Origin: an uncultured Candidatus Saccharibacteria bacterium
GTDB taxonomy: Bacteria; Patescibacteriota; Minisyncoccia; Ryanbacterales; GWA2-47-10b
Direction of reading: 5' to 3'
Length of the DNA: 64,000 bases
NCBI GenBank assembly: GCA_964356915.1
Contig: CAYHJF010000001.1
Coordinates: 146,200 to 210,199 of the forward strand
Under the pieces are notes generated by a model. That model made no database searches. It saw only the letters and a program-made list of their open reading frames with translations, and was not told the origin of the DNA. Position numbers and translations under genes: made by a program. Below, one piece after another: positions 19,316 through 28,216 of the stretch (the stretch's first letter is position 1; each line of letters begins with the position of its first letter).

Positions 19316-20893
19316 CTACACGAGCAGTCTCGGCAACAGATCAATGCCTGTCATCTCAGCTGGGACTTCAAGCTGCATAAGGTTAAGCATCGTAGGCCCT
19401 ATATCGGAAAGCACTCCCTCAACACTTGCGAGCGCTGCCTTTACCTCCTGCTCGGAACGCGGAGTTTTACGCTTAAACTGTTTTCCAAAAAGGTAAAATG
19501 GTACGGGATTCGATGAATGTTTTGTCCGAGGTTCGCCGGTAATACGATAACGCTTCTCTTCTGCGTTGCCATGATCAGCCGTCAGGATCATCACGCCTCC
19601 TACTTCAAGTATTTTTTCTTTAATACGTCCGAGACATTCATCAAGTATCTCGATTGACTTTGTTGTTGCGTCAAAATCACCCGTATGCCCAACCATATCT
19701 GCATTGGCAAAATTTACTAAAATAAAATCGTAGTTCCCAATCTCCGCGAGCAATGCATCGGTAATCTCGCGAGCCGACATCTCAGGCTTTTGATTAAACG
19801 GTACGCGAGCGGAAGGAATCAATTTTCGATCTTCCCCCGGAAACGGCTGTTCTTTTCCTCCATTAAAAAAGTACGTTACATGAGCATACTTTTCTGTCTC
19901 GGCGACATGTAACTGCTTAAGGTTTGCGTATGAAATAACGCGAGCAAGTGGCCATTCAATATCAAGCGGAGGAAATGCTACATGCGCATTGAGGCCCTTT
20001 TCGTACTCCGTCATTGTTACCGTAAATACATCGGTTAATGCTGTACGTGGAAAACGAACAAAGTCGTGATCCAAAAATGAATGTGTAATCTGACGGATAC
20101 TATCTTCCCGAAAATTAAATATTACTACCGCATCACCATTTTGGATTCTCCCCTTAGGCTTCCCTTCAGCATCAATACGCCACGCCGGCGTAAAGAACTC
20201 ATCGGTAATGCCTGCCTGATATTGCTCATCGATAAATTTTCCCGGACGATCAAACGTCGCCCCCTTTACCCCTACAAGACAATCATACGCCTGTTGAGTC
20301 AGCTCCCAACGCTCCTCTCGATCCATTGAAAAATGCCTCCCCATAATAGAAGCGATGTACGCCTTGGGGAACTGTCCTTCGATACGCTCCTCAAGTTGCG
20401 GTAAAAATGTCTTCATTTCACGTACTGGAGCATCACGGCCATCCCCAAAAAGGTGGAGTGCGATCTTTTCAAGCCCCTGCTCATGGGCAAATTTCATGAG
20501 CGCATAAAGATGATCGACATAAGCATGCACGGATCCACTCGAAAAAAGCCCCACAACATGAAACGTACTATTATTCGTCTTTACATGCTGGGCGGCATTT
20601 ATAAATGCTTGGTTTTCAAAAAATGTTCCGTCCTGGATTGAGACGATAATGCGTGGAAGATGATGGTAAAGCACCCGACCCGATCCCATTGTGAGGTGAC
20701 CGACCTCCGAGTTGCCCTCCTCTCCCCATGGTAACCCGACCGCGAGGCCAGAAGCCTGCAATGTCGTCATGAGATACCACTGATTCAGATCATCAAGTTG
20801 AGGATGTTTAGCCATCTGTAGCGGTGATTCTCCAGGGAGCGTATTAACTCCAAAGCCATCAAAGATCGCTAATACAAGCGGGCGAAAATTCAT
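19316..20893 (-). CDS. gpmI: 2,3-bisphosphoglycerate-independent phosphoglycerate mutase
   Basis: N-terminal LAIFDGFG (iPGM LxILDGWG motif), metal-binding residues of the alkaline-phosphatase-like core (TADHGN). 525 aa. Confidence 0.85.
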   Translation of the reverse strand: MNFRPLVLAIFDGFGVNTLPGESPLQMAKHPQLDDLNQWYLMTTLQASGLAVGLPWGEEGNSEVGHLTMGSGRVLYHHLPRIIVSIQDGTFFENQAFINAAQHVKTNNSTFHVVGLFSSGSVHAYVDHLYALMKFAHEQGLEKIALHLFGDGRDAPVREMKTFLPQLEERIEGQFPKAYIASIMGRHFSMDREERWELTQQAYDCLVGVKGATFDRPGKFIDEQYQAGITDEFFTPAWRIDAEGKPKGRIQNGDAVVIFNFREDSIRQITHSFLDHDFVRFPRTALTDVFTVTMTEYEKGLNAHVAFPPLDIEWPLARVISYANLKQLHVAETEKYAHVTYFFNGGKEQPFPGEDRKLIPSARVPFNQKPEMSAREITDALLAEIGNYDFILVNFANADMVGHTGDFDATTKSIEILDECLGRIKEKILEVGGVMILTADHGNAEEKRYRITGEPRTKHSSNPVPFYLFGKQFKRKTPRSEQEVKAALASVEGVLSDIGPTMLNLMQLEVPAEMTGIDLLPRLLV

Positions 20894-21020
20894 ATATTTT
20901 AGTATAGCACAGAGGCGTATCTCGCCCGAATTTTGCGGGGTTGACTTTGCCTATAATCAAAATAGTATTAAAGATACTACATTTATTTGAACGTTATGAG
21001 TCTAGGATCACTTACATTTT

Positions 21021-22550
21021 ATGGAACCCCTCACACAACTATTGGTTGTGGCGGCGGTTTTTCTCGTGGGATCGGGAATCGGATACTTCACGCGAAAAAT
21101 TGTTGCTCAACAACAGAAAAATTCGATCGAGCTATCGATCAAAAAGGCGACCCTCGAAGCTGAGAACGAAGCTCAGCGAATTGTCTTAGAAGCAAAAGAA
21201 AAAGCGACAAAGATCCTCGATGAGATAAAAGACGAGGAAAAAATTCGCGAAGCAGAGTACCACAAACGCGAAGAGCGCTTTGCAAAAAAAGAAGAGCAGT
21301 TTGAAGATAAAGCTCAAGACTTAGAAAAAGAAAAGAAAGATCTCCGAGAAAAAGTAGAGCGTGTTCGTGGCGCACAAGAAGCGCTCAAGCTCAAAGAAGA
21401 AGAGAAGCGTCTTGAACTCGAGCGTGTCGCGGGACTTTCTCGCGAAGAAGCCAAAGATACGCTGTATGCTGCAGTTGAAAAAGATTATGAAGGAGACCTT
21501 CTCGAACGCCTCCATAAACTCGAAATGACTGGTGAAGAGCGCCTGCAACGAAAAGCGCGCGACATTCTGGCATCTCTCATTCAACGCATTGCCACCTCAA
21601 CGGCATCCGAAGTTACAACAACAAGCATTACAATTCCGTCAGAAGATCTCAAAGGGAAAATCATTGGACGTGAAGGACGAAACATTCGTTCACTTGAGCG
21701 TGCCGCGGGTGTAGAGATTATTGTTGATGACACGCCCGGAGCAATCATTATTTCTGGATTTGATCCTGTCCGCCGTCACATTGCAAAAATGGCGCTTGAA
21801 GATTTGATTACCGATGGTCGCATCCAACCAGCAAAGATTGAGGAAGCGGTTGAAAAAGCAAAATCGCAAATTGAAAAAATAATGAAAGAAGCTGCGGAAG
21901 CTGCAGCATACGAAGTCGGAGTCTTTGACCTCGATCCTCGGCTCATGCAACTTTTAGGTAGACTTCGCTTTCGCACAAGCTATGGTCAAAATGTCCTCCA
22001 GCACTCAATCGAAATGTCTCACCTCTCTGGAATGCTCGCGAGCGAACTTGGCGCCGATGTTGGCGTCGCAAAAAAAGGAGCGCTCTTGCATGACATCGGA
22101 AAGGCAGTTGATCATGAAGTACAAGGAACTCACGTTGAAATCGGTCGACGTATTCTTCAAAAATTTGGCGTTGAATTGCCCGTTATTCAGGCGATGCAAT
22201 CACACCATGAAGAATATCCATACGAAACACTTGAATCAATCATCGTCCAAACCGCTGATGCAATCTCCGCTTCCCGCCCTGGTGCGCGCCGCGACTCTGT
22301 AGAAAATTATCTCAAGCGACTCGAAGATCTTGAATCAATCGCAACTTCTTTTGACGGAGTTGAAAAATCATATGCAATTCAAGCAGGTCGCGAAATCCGA
22401 GTGTTCGTAACGCCAGATAAAATAAATGATCTTGAAGCTCGCGCGATCGCTCGACAAATCGCAGACCGCGTAGAACAAGAACTCAAGTATCCGGGTGAAA
22501 TCAAAGTTGTCGTCATTCGTGAAAATCGCGTCATCGAATACGCTCGCTAA
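21021..22550 (+). CDS. rny: ribonuclease Y
   Basis: N-terminal TM, long K/E-rich coiled coil, KH domain (IIGREGRNIRSLE), HD domain (LLHDIGKAVDHE). 509 aa. Confidence 0.85.
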   Translation: MEPLTQLLVVAAVFLVGSGIGYFTRKIVAQQQKNSIELSIKKATLEAENEAQRIVLEAKEKATKILDEIKDEEKIREAEYHKREERFAKKEEQFEDKAQDLEKEKKDLREKVERVRGAQEALKLKEEEKRLELERVAGLSREEAKDTLYAAVEKDYEGDLLERLHKLEMTGEERLQRKARDILASLIQRIATSTASEVTTTSITIPSEDLKGKIIGREGRNIRSLERAAGVEIIVDDTPGAIIISGFDPVRRHIAKMALEDLITDGRIQPAKIEEAVEKAKSQIEKIMKEAAEAAAYEVGVFDLDPRLMQLLGRLRFRTSYGQNVLQHSIEMSHLSGMLASELGADVGVAKKGALLHDIGKAVDHEVQGTHVEIGRRILQKFGVELPVIQAMQSHHEEYPYETLESIIVQTADAISASRPGARRDSVENYLKRLEDLESIATSFDGVEKSYAIQAGREIRVFVTPDKINDLEARAIARQIADRVEQELKYPGEIKVVVIRENRVIEYAR

Positions 22551-22565
22551 AAAATATCGAACACT

Positions 22566-22598
22566 AAAACAACCGCCACGTAAGGCGGTTGTTTTTAT
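22566..22598 (+). terminator. rho-independent terminator after rny
   Basis: aaaacaaccgcc-acgtaa-ggcggttgtttt then T-run. Confidence 0.75.
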
Positions 22599-22617
22599 AT
22601 AAAATTCAAAATAAAAA

Positions 22618-22835
22618 AAAGTCCGGTGCGGCTGCTCGCTTGTAGCGAGACAGCCGCCCGGGGTTCAGATCTTGTCGTCCTGGCTAGACGACGTTCTTCT
22701 CGGCGAGCCAGCCGGACTTGGTGGTCAGGGTGGCGGCCGGTTCACGGGCTCGGGCCATGGAGACCTCCTCGTGAAGAGCGCTCGAGAGCGCCAGTTCGGG
22801 GAACAGGTACGTTTGTAATCTTACGACATCTTAAA
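22618..22835 (+). ncRNA. candidate structured ncRNA (GC-rich non-coding island, identity unknown)
   Basis: About 215 nt at roughly 65% GC in a roughly 45% GC genome. No credible ORF on either strand (translations are Arg/Trp-rich nonsense). Multiple perfect nested stems: gcggctg-ctcgct-tgt-agcgag-a-cagccgc, gtcgtc-ctggcta-gacgac, gcgctc/gagcgc. Confidence 0.35.
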
Positions 22836-22875
22836 ATACCGCGCAAGCCCCTTTTAACCATCTCCACAGAAAAGT

Positions 22876-22904
22876 GTTGCAAATCAAAGCGACATTGGTA
22901 CTAT
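22876..22904 (+). promoter_or_regulatory. candidate sigma-70 promoter for hupA
   Basis: TTGCAA, 16-17 nt spacer, TACTAT, about 65 nt upstream of the hupA start. Pattern match only. Confidence 0.25.
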
Positions 22905-22970
22905 GAACCTACAAGAAAGTAACCTACGGAAAGGTCGAGTTAGATATCATTTTCGTAACACTAGTTCACC

Positions 22971-23243
22971 ATGAATAAAGGCGATCTCGTCGAATCAGTA
23001 TTCAACAAAATTGGAGGCACAAAGAAAGGAGCCGAAGAAGCAGTTGAAACAGTTTTCGACACAATCACAAAAGCACTTTCAAAAGGTGACGAGGTAGCAG
23101 TATCAGGCTTCGGTACGTTTCTTGTAAAGAAACGCCAAGCTCGCACTGCTCGCAACCCTCGCACCGGAGCAACGGTTCATGTACCTGCAACACAGGTTCC
23201 AAAGTTCCGTCCAGGCAAAGGCCTCAAAGAAGCAGTTAAGTAA
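22971..23243 (+). CDS. hupA: DNA-binding protein HU
   Basis: MNKGDLVESV...VSGFGTFLVKKRQARTARNPRTGATVHVPA: full HU/IHF family signature including the Arg-rich beta-arm. 90 aa. Confidence 0.85.
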   Translation: MNKGDLVESVFNKIGGTKKGAEEAVETVFDTITKALSKGDEVAVSGFGTFLVKKRQARTARNPRTGATVHVPATQVPKFRPGKGLKEAVK

Positions 23244-23261
23244 TAAAATTCTTCGTATGAC

Positions 23262-23292
23262 AAAAAATTCCTTTAACGAGGAATTTTTTGTT
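23262..23292 (+). terminator. rho-independent terminator after hupA
   Basis: aattcct-ttaacg-aggaatt followed by TTTTT. Confidence 0.6.
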
Positions 23293-23550
23293 TCTTCTCA
23301 CTAAACGTCAATCCAATGAAATCTATGAAAGCTTCTACTTTTGATCTCATGGGTAGCGCCTTGGCAAAAAAAAAATACAAAAACTTCGCCATGAAAGAGC
23401 ACCATTTAAGCATGCGCGCTTTTTATGTATCTATCTCAAAACTGAATTCAAAGACGATGTCTCGCACATTCAACGTAGTGTGAAACGGCCTATATACGCA
23501 GCTCGGAAATTAAATCCTTTTCAATTTCATAGTCTTTCTGTAGAATATCT

Positions 23551-23593
23551 GTGCCGCCGTAAACCCTTCTTTCGAAGGGGATGAAGGCGGCAC
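23551..23593 (+). other. 43-nt nested perfect hairpin abutting the 5-prime end of tRNA-Gly
   Basis: gtgccgcc-gtaaa-cccttc-ttt-c-gaaggg-gatgaa-ggcggcac. An 8-bp outer stem plus a 6-bp inner stem, ending 2 nt before the tRNA. Confidence 0.4.
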
Positions 23594-23595
23594 GA

Positions 23596-23667
23596 GCGGT
23601 CGTCGTATAACGGCTATTATGGCTGCCTTCCAAGCAGCAGACGCGGGTTCGACTCCCGCCGACCGCA
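23596..23667 (+). tRNA. tRNA-Gly (anticodon TCC), no encoded CCA
   Basis: Acceptor gcggtcg/cgaccgc perfect. Anticodon stem gctgc/gcagc, loop ctTCCaa at positions 32-38. T arm gcggg-ttcgact-cccgc. Discriminator a. Confidence 0.7.
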
Positions 23668-23688
23668 CACACCAAAAAGACTCAAACT

Positions 23689-23720
23689 AAAAACCGTCTT
23701 ATAACAAAGACGGTTTTTAG
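23689..23720. terminator. bidirectional terminator (tRNA-Gly on plus, repeat-protein gene on minus)
   Basis: aaaaaccgtctt-tataaca-aagacggttttt, with A-run and T-run on both sides. Confidence 0.7.
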
Positions 23721-23733
23721 TTTATCTAATCTC

Positions 23734-26025
23734 TTACGGGTATGTTTCCCAGTAGTCGTTTTCGGATTCGGTCATGTGTGGCGGAAAAACTTTTGGAGAT
23801 TCTGCCGAGTCAAAGACTGGCAAATTTTCCGGAGCATGAGGCTCTGATCGAGGAGGCACTGGAGTTGGAGAAATATTTTTTATTCCGCCATCCGATGCAC
23901 CCGACGAAGGAGACTCATTTTCTTTTTTATCAGCATGATCGCGCATGAGATGCGCGATAAACAATGCCAACGTAATCAACCACAATAACCATCCGATACT
24001 GCACCACTCTTCGAGCCAATTGAGAAAATTGAACAACCCCGCGGTAAGGAATGCCCCAAACGGACGACGCTCGCTAGCAGGCTCAATCGTCGGTTGTTCG
24101 GGTGTTGGAATTGAAACTTCTGGAAACGTAGGGACGGACGGTGTAATCGGTAAAACTGTAGATCCGGAATTCTGTACAGGAATAAATTGTGAAGGTGCTG
24201 GTTGTGTTGCGGGAACACTGACTGTCACTATTGGCGTAAGAACGACTTGTGTACTTGGTGTGCCTGGAGGTTGAAGTGGAACGATGGGGCCATTGCCTCC
24301 TCCGCCACCTCCTCCACCCCCACCACCTCCGCCTCCGGAGCCAGTGTTGGTAGTACCTCCATTATTATTTCCATTATTATTTTTTGGACGAACCTCTATC
24401 ACGACATCTCGTGTTGTAGTTGCTCGTCCATCTGATGCGAAGAATTTTGCGGTCGATGTACCAATTTGCGACTCGCTCGGAGTCCAAACAAATTGATTTG
24501 TACTCGTCGAGTACGTAGCACCATTTGGTAATTCGAATGTGATCGTAACAAGATCACCATCAGGATCATTTACACTTTCGAAAAATGAAACTGACTCTCC
24601 AACAATCGCGGTCGCGGATGTCGGACCGAAAAATACTGGAGCGTGATTTCCTTCAAAAACAAAAATGATTACTTCTCGCGTCGTGGTCGCGATTCCATCT
24701 GAAGCGAAAAATCTCACCGTCGATGTACCACTCTGCATTTCTGTTGGCGTCCAGACAAACTCTCCTGCCGCGCTGTACGTGGCACCACTTGGAAGTTCGC
24801 TGGTAACTTCAACGAGATCTCCATCGGGGTCGTTTACTGTTTCAAAAAATGAAACGGGACTACCTACGATAGTGATTGCTGATGTTGGACCGAAAAATAC
24901 TGGAGCGTGATTATTACTTTCAAGAACGTAAACGATAACCTCTTGTGTTGTCGTTCCCGTTCCATCAAACGCGTAGAATGTTGTAGTCGCAGTACCTGCA
25001 ACTACGGGAGTCCACTCAAAAAGTCCTGTGCTTGTGGCATACGATGCGCCGTCTGGCAAAATCGCCGAGACTACCACCAAATCACCATCAAGATCATTAG
25101 CCGTCTTTGAGAAACTCACGGAAGCGCCAACCGTTGTCGTCGCTGATGTTGGGCCAAAAAACGTAGGAAGATGATTACTATCTGAATCATCCAAAGGAGA
25201 AACTACAATAATAACTTCCCGTGTTGTTGTGCCAACTCCGTCAAACCCACGAAATAATACCGTCGATGTACCACTCTGCATTTCTGTTGGCGTCCAGACA
25301 AACTCTCCTGCCGCGCTGTACGTGGCACCACTTGGAAGTTCGCTGGTAACTTCAACGAGATCTCCATCGGGGTCGTTTACTGTTTCAAAAAATGAAACGG
25401 GACTACCTACGATAGTGATTGCTGATGTTGGACCAACCCAACTTGGAAGCTGATTTACTAATGGATCTTTGAGAACAGTAACGAGAACATTATATGTCGA
25501 CGTTCCTGTACCATCAAAACCAAAGAAATGGATAGGATATGAACCCTGCGCAGTCGGTGTCCATGTGAACTTCCCTATTATGCCGTCATACGATGCTCCA
25601 CTTGGAAGATCGCTGGTAACCTCTACCAAATCTCCATCAGGATCATTGACCGTGATAAAAAATGATACGGGATTACCCGTAACCGCAAACGCAGTTACCG
25701 GACCTGCAAAAACAGGGAGTTGATTTGTAACAAGAGAAGAAAACGCAGTCATCATAACTGCCGAGTTTTCAGATGCGTCATCTCCAGCATCAGGAAGCGT
25801 ATACGAATTCTTAGATTCCCCCCGATAATCTGATTCCGATGACTCACTTTCTACAACTTCTTCTACAACTACAGAAGACTCTGATTCTTCGGAGACTGAA
25901 CCTTCAGTTCCCGTGGAAATGATAGTCGCATCAGACGACCCTAAATCAGAAATCTTCTCACCAAGTGCATACAATGGGGAAACAACCAATGTAAGAGAAA
26001 AGAATATTGCAAATATTCTTTTCAT
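23734..26025 (-). CDS. cell-surface protein with six tandem roughly 95-aa Ig/cadherin-like repeats (DPDGD motif), Gly/Asn linker, Pro-rich stalk and C-terminal TM anchor
   Basis: Signal peptide MKRIFAIFFSLTLVVSPLYALG. Repeats of the form FFGPTSA..VG.PVSFF.TVNDPDGDLVEVTS.LP.GA.Y......F.WTPT. G15 run and NNNGNNNGG. PxxP-rich segment. Hydrophobic helix near the C-terminus. Confidence 0.6.
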   Translation of the reverse strand: MKRIFAIFFSLTLVVSPLYALGEKISDLGSSDATIISTGTEGSVSEESESSVVVEEVVESESSESDYRGESKNSYTLPDAGDDASENSAVMMTAFSSLVTNQLPVFAGPVTAFAVTGNPVSFFITVNDPDGDLVEVTSDLPSGASYDGIIGKFTWTPTAQGSYPIHFFGFDGTGTSTYNVLVTVLKDPLVNQLPSWVGPTSAITIVGSPVSFFETVNDPDGDLVEVTSELPSGATYSAAGEFVWTPTEMQSGTSTVLFRGFDGVGTTTREVIIVVSPLDDSDSNHLPTFFGPTSATTTVGASVSFSKTANDLDGDLVVVSAILPDGASYATSTGLFEWTPVVAGTATTTFYAFDGTGTTTQEVIVYVLESNNHAPVFFGPTSAITIVGSPVSFFETVNDPDGDLVEVTSELPSGATYSAAGEFVWTPTEMQSGTSTVRFFASDGIATTTREVIIFVFEGNHAPVFFGPTSATAIVGESVSFFESVNDPDGDLVTITFELPNGATYSTSTNQFVWTPSESQIGTSTAKFFASDGRATTTRDVVIEVRPKNNNGNNNGGTTNTGSGGGGGGGGGGGGGGNGPIVPLQPPGTPSTQVVLTPIVTVSVPATQPAPSQFIPVQNSGSTVLPITPSVPTFPEVSIPTPEQPTIEPASERRPFGAFLTAGLFNFLNWLEEWCSIGWLLWLITLALFIAHLMRDHADKKENESPSSGASDGGIKNISPTPVPPRSEPHAPENLPVFDSAESPKVFPPHMTESENDYWETYP

Positions 26026-26180
26026 AATGATTGTTTATTATGCGCACGAAAGCCAATAAAAATTGCTAGTATGCACTCACTTCAATTCCAACTATTCGAT
26101 TGTAAAAGAGCATATTGAATGGCAAAACTTTACCACATTTAAAAGATTTTTGCAAGCATTCCAACATTTTTTTAAATATA

Positions 26181-26216
26181 AAAATGCCCCGAAATATTCG
26201 GGGCACGCTGTTTTAT
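26181..26216 (-). terminator. rho-independent terminator after the S/T-rich protein gene
   Basis: tgccccgaa-atat-ttcggggca, with T-run on the minus strand. Confidence 0.6.
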
Positions 26217-26217
26217 T

Positions 26218-27894
26218 CTAGTTGCAACCAAGTCCTTCATCGGTTGCACCATCACAATCATTGTCGAGGTGATCGCAACCAAACAAAGATTCGGGCTGAG
26301 ACGCAATGTCTGGGTTACAGAACAAGTAATGAGTAGGATTTGATGTAACACACACCGCATGTCCAACCGCACACTGACCAAGTTGGCCAGTATTGCAGGT
26401 CTGTCCACCTTGAGGATTCCCCTCGTCGACGGAGCCGTCACAATCATTGTCGATATTGTCACAAAGTTCGCTCGCTGCTTGCGCGGGGATGCACGCACCC
26501 CATGCGTTATTCGAGCACGTCTGTGTGCCGTTACGACATGCGCCAACAGCGCCGGAAGCGGTACACGCCCGTTGCTGACCGTTGCTACATACGAGCAACG
26601 TAGTCGACGTTGTCGTACTCGTCGAAGTCGTAGTCGATGACGTGCTCGAAGTTGTTGAAGTCGAGGTAGTCGTCGATGACGATGTCGTTGAGGTTGACGT
26701 AGTTGAAGTGGTTGTACTAGTCGAGGTCGACGTTGTCGTAGGCCTTGATGTACTCGTCGTGGTCGATGTAGACGTTGTAGACGTGGATGTAGTCGTCGTA
26801 CTTGTGGTGGTAGTTGTTGAAGTCGTACTCACCCTAGTAGTTGACGTTGTCGTACTCGTCGAAGTCGTAGTCGATGACGTGCTCGAAGTTGTTGAAGTCG
26901 AGGTAGTCGTCGATGACGATGTCGTTGAGGTTGACGTAGCGATAACTCCACGACACACATTCGGATACGACTTAAACTGCGGTACCGCAAGGATATCCGT
27001 GCAGTCAATCTTGAAATCAGCAACGCACTGAACGCACGTTGCCATATCGAGCATCCCGCCAATAGAGCGGGCGCAAATCTGACCATTTGGTCGTACTACA
27101 TCGGTACAAGTTGAAATGAATCCAACTTGTACGGGCGTAAAGTCGGTCGGATCTTCAGGAAATCCGCAGCGACGATCAGCGCCGCCACACGCCTGACAAA
27201 TCTTCTCGAGCATACGCTCTCGTTGAACTGCAACTAAACGGTCGGCTGCTCCATCGCCAGGCAAATGACAGTCAGTACTATGTGTACCGGCAATACGATT
27301 TGTCCAGCATGTTGAGAGCACTTTCGCCTTCTTACGTTGAAAGGCAACGGCATACTTGAGATTCGCACGCTGACACTTGAGTACTGCGGCCGTAGGATTT
27401 GGCTGCAATGCGTCAGCATAAAGATCGACTGACTGATCAACTGCGATCTTCCCAATACAGGAAAGGCAGTGGTATACGTCATCAAAATTGTTAATGGAGT
27501 TATCACAGCCCCTGTTTTCGAAATCAGGACACTGACTCCCCCACCCAATATCACTAGGCGCGACATCATTAACCCCATCACAATCGCCATCGCAGCACTG
27601 CGATCGAATATTGCGATGAAGACGAATATCACGCCTTGCGAGCCGACGCGATTGAGCCGGATCTGTCACACAGTCGATTCCCCAAGGCAGATAACCCCTG
27701 AGCCTCTTATCCTCGCATGACAGCTGATCGCGAAGACGACCATCTACATATGCGGCAAAACCCTTACTAAGGGTAGTTTGACACGTATTCATATTGGAAG
27801 CGGATACTGGCGCAGCAAATATCGACGCCGAGAGAAAAACAAACAATGCGATTGCTCGCATGAGACTCCTTCCATTTCTTGCCCTAAATTTCAA
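26218..27894 (-). CDS. secreted Cys-rich protein with a roughly 150-aa mucin-like Ser/Thr low-complexity region
   Basis: Signal peptide (MRAIALFVFLSASIFAAPVSA). Cys-rich N- and C-terminal domains (CxxxxC, DNDCDG repeats). Central TSTSTTSSSTTT... tract encoded by tandemly repeated DNA. Confidence 0.55.
   Translation of the reverse strand: MKFRARNGRSLMRAIALFVFLSASIFAAPVSASNMNTCQTTLSKGFAAYVDGRLRDQLSCEDKRLRGYLPWGIDCVTDPAQSRRLARRDIRLHRNIRSQCCDGDCDGVNDVAPSDIGWGSQCPDFENRGCDNSINNFDDVYHCLSCIGKIAVDQSVDLYADALQPNPTAAVLKCQRANLKYAVAFQRKKAKVLSTCWTNRIAGTHSTDCHLPGDGAADRLVAVQRERMLEKICQACGGADRRCGFPEDPTDFTPVQVGFISTCTDVVRPNGQICARSIGGMLDMATCVQCVADFKIDCTDILAVPQFKSYPNVCRGVIATSTSTTSSSTTTSTSTTSSTSSTTTSTSTTTSTTRVSTTSTTTTTSTTTTSTSTTSTSTTTSTSRPTTTSTSTSTTTSTTSTSTTSSSTTTSTSTTSSTSSTTTSTSTTTSTTLLVCSNGQQRACTASGAVGACRNGTQTCSNNAWGACIPAQAASELCDNIDNDCDGSVDEGNPQGGQTCNTGQLGQCAVGHAVCVTSNPTHYLFCNPDIASQPESLFGCDHLDNDCDGATDEGLGCN
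26596..26940. repeat. tandem DNA repeat (unit about 242 bp, two copies with roughly 100-bp exact identity) inside the S/T-rich coding region
   Basis: gtcgtactcgtcgaagtcgtagtcgatgacgtgctcgaagttgttgaagtcgaggtagtcgtcgatgacgatgtcgttgaggttgacgtag occurs at 26609-26700 and again at 26849-26940. Confidence 0.7.
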
Positions 27895-28135
27895 GGGGCG
27901 CTAGAGCTGAAACTACAATAAAATTAGAAAAAAATCAAGTATCACAAACAAAAAAAATACCCGCGGCTACGGCAAAAAAATCTTAGAACAAGATCTAAAA
28001 CAAAAGATTAAGTAGTTTTTTCGAAAAAACCTGAGAATCTTAGACCAAAAACATCCACCCCTAATACTCGATACTCTGCGCAGAGTATCAATAAACTCTC
28101 ACAAAGCACTAAATCAATTGCACGCCACGTTTTTG

Positions 28136-28206
28136 TCGGAGAGCCGGGAATCGAACCCGGTCTACCTGCTCCCAAAGCAGGTGTACTGCCGGTATACTAC
28201 TCTCCG
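28136..28206 (-). tRNA. tRNA-Pro (anticodon TGG), no encoded CCA
   Basis: rc = CGGAGAGTAGTATACCGGCAGTACACCTGCTTTGGGAGCAGGTAGACCGGGTTCGATTCCCGGCTCTCCGA. Anticodon stem cctgc/gcagg, loop ttTGGga. D arm nearly identical to tRNA-Pro(GGG) at 1024. Confidence 0.7.
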
Positions 28207-28216
28207 TTTTGAAAAC

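Noticed and set aside
22618-22835. Assignment of the GC-rich islands to tmRNA, RNase P RNA, SRP RNA or 5S rRNA
   Set aside because: I searched by eye for the tmRNA tRNA-like 3-prime end (GGTTCGA..TCC..CCA), the RNase P P4 strands (GGAAAGTCCGG / ACAGAA-CCGGCTTA), the SRP domain IV (GGAA tetraloop plus AGCAGCC) and the 5S motifs (CCGAACTCAGAAGTGAAAC). None is present on either strand, in either region (22618-22835 or 39765-40306). Identity is left open rather than guessed.
22626-22922. 98-aa ORF across the GC-rich island
   Set aside because: The translation is Arg/Trp/Pro-rich with no protein-like pattern. It is produced by high GC and better explained as structured non-coding RNA.
26582-27031. 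149-aa poly-Val/Asp/Glu ORF
   Set aside because: It is antisense to the Ser/Thr tandem-repeat region of the secreted protein. It is a repeat artifact, not a gene.
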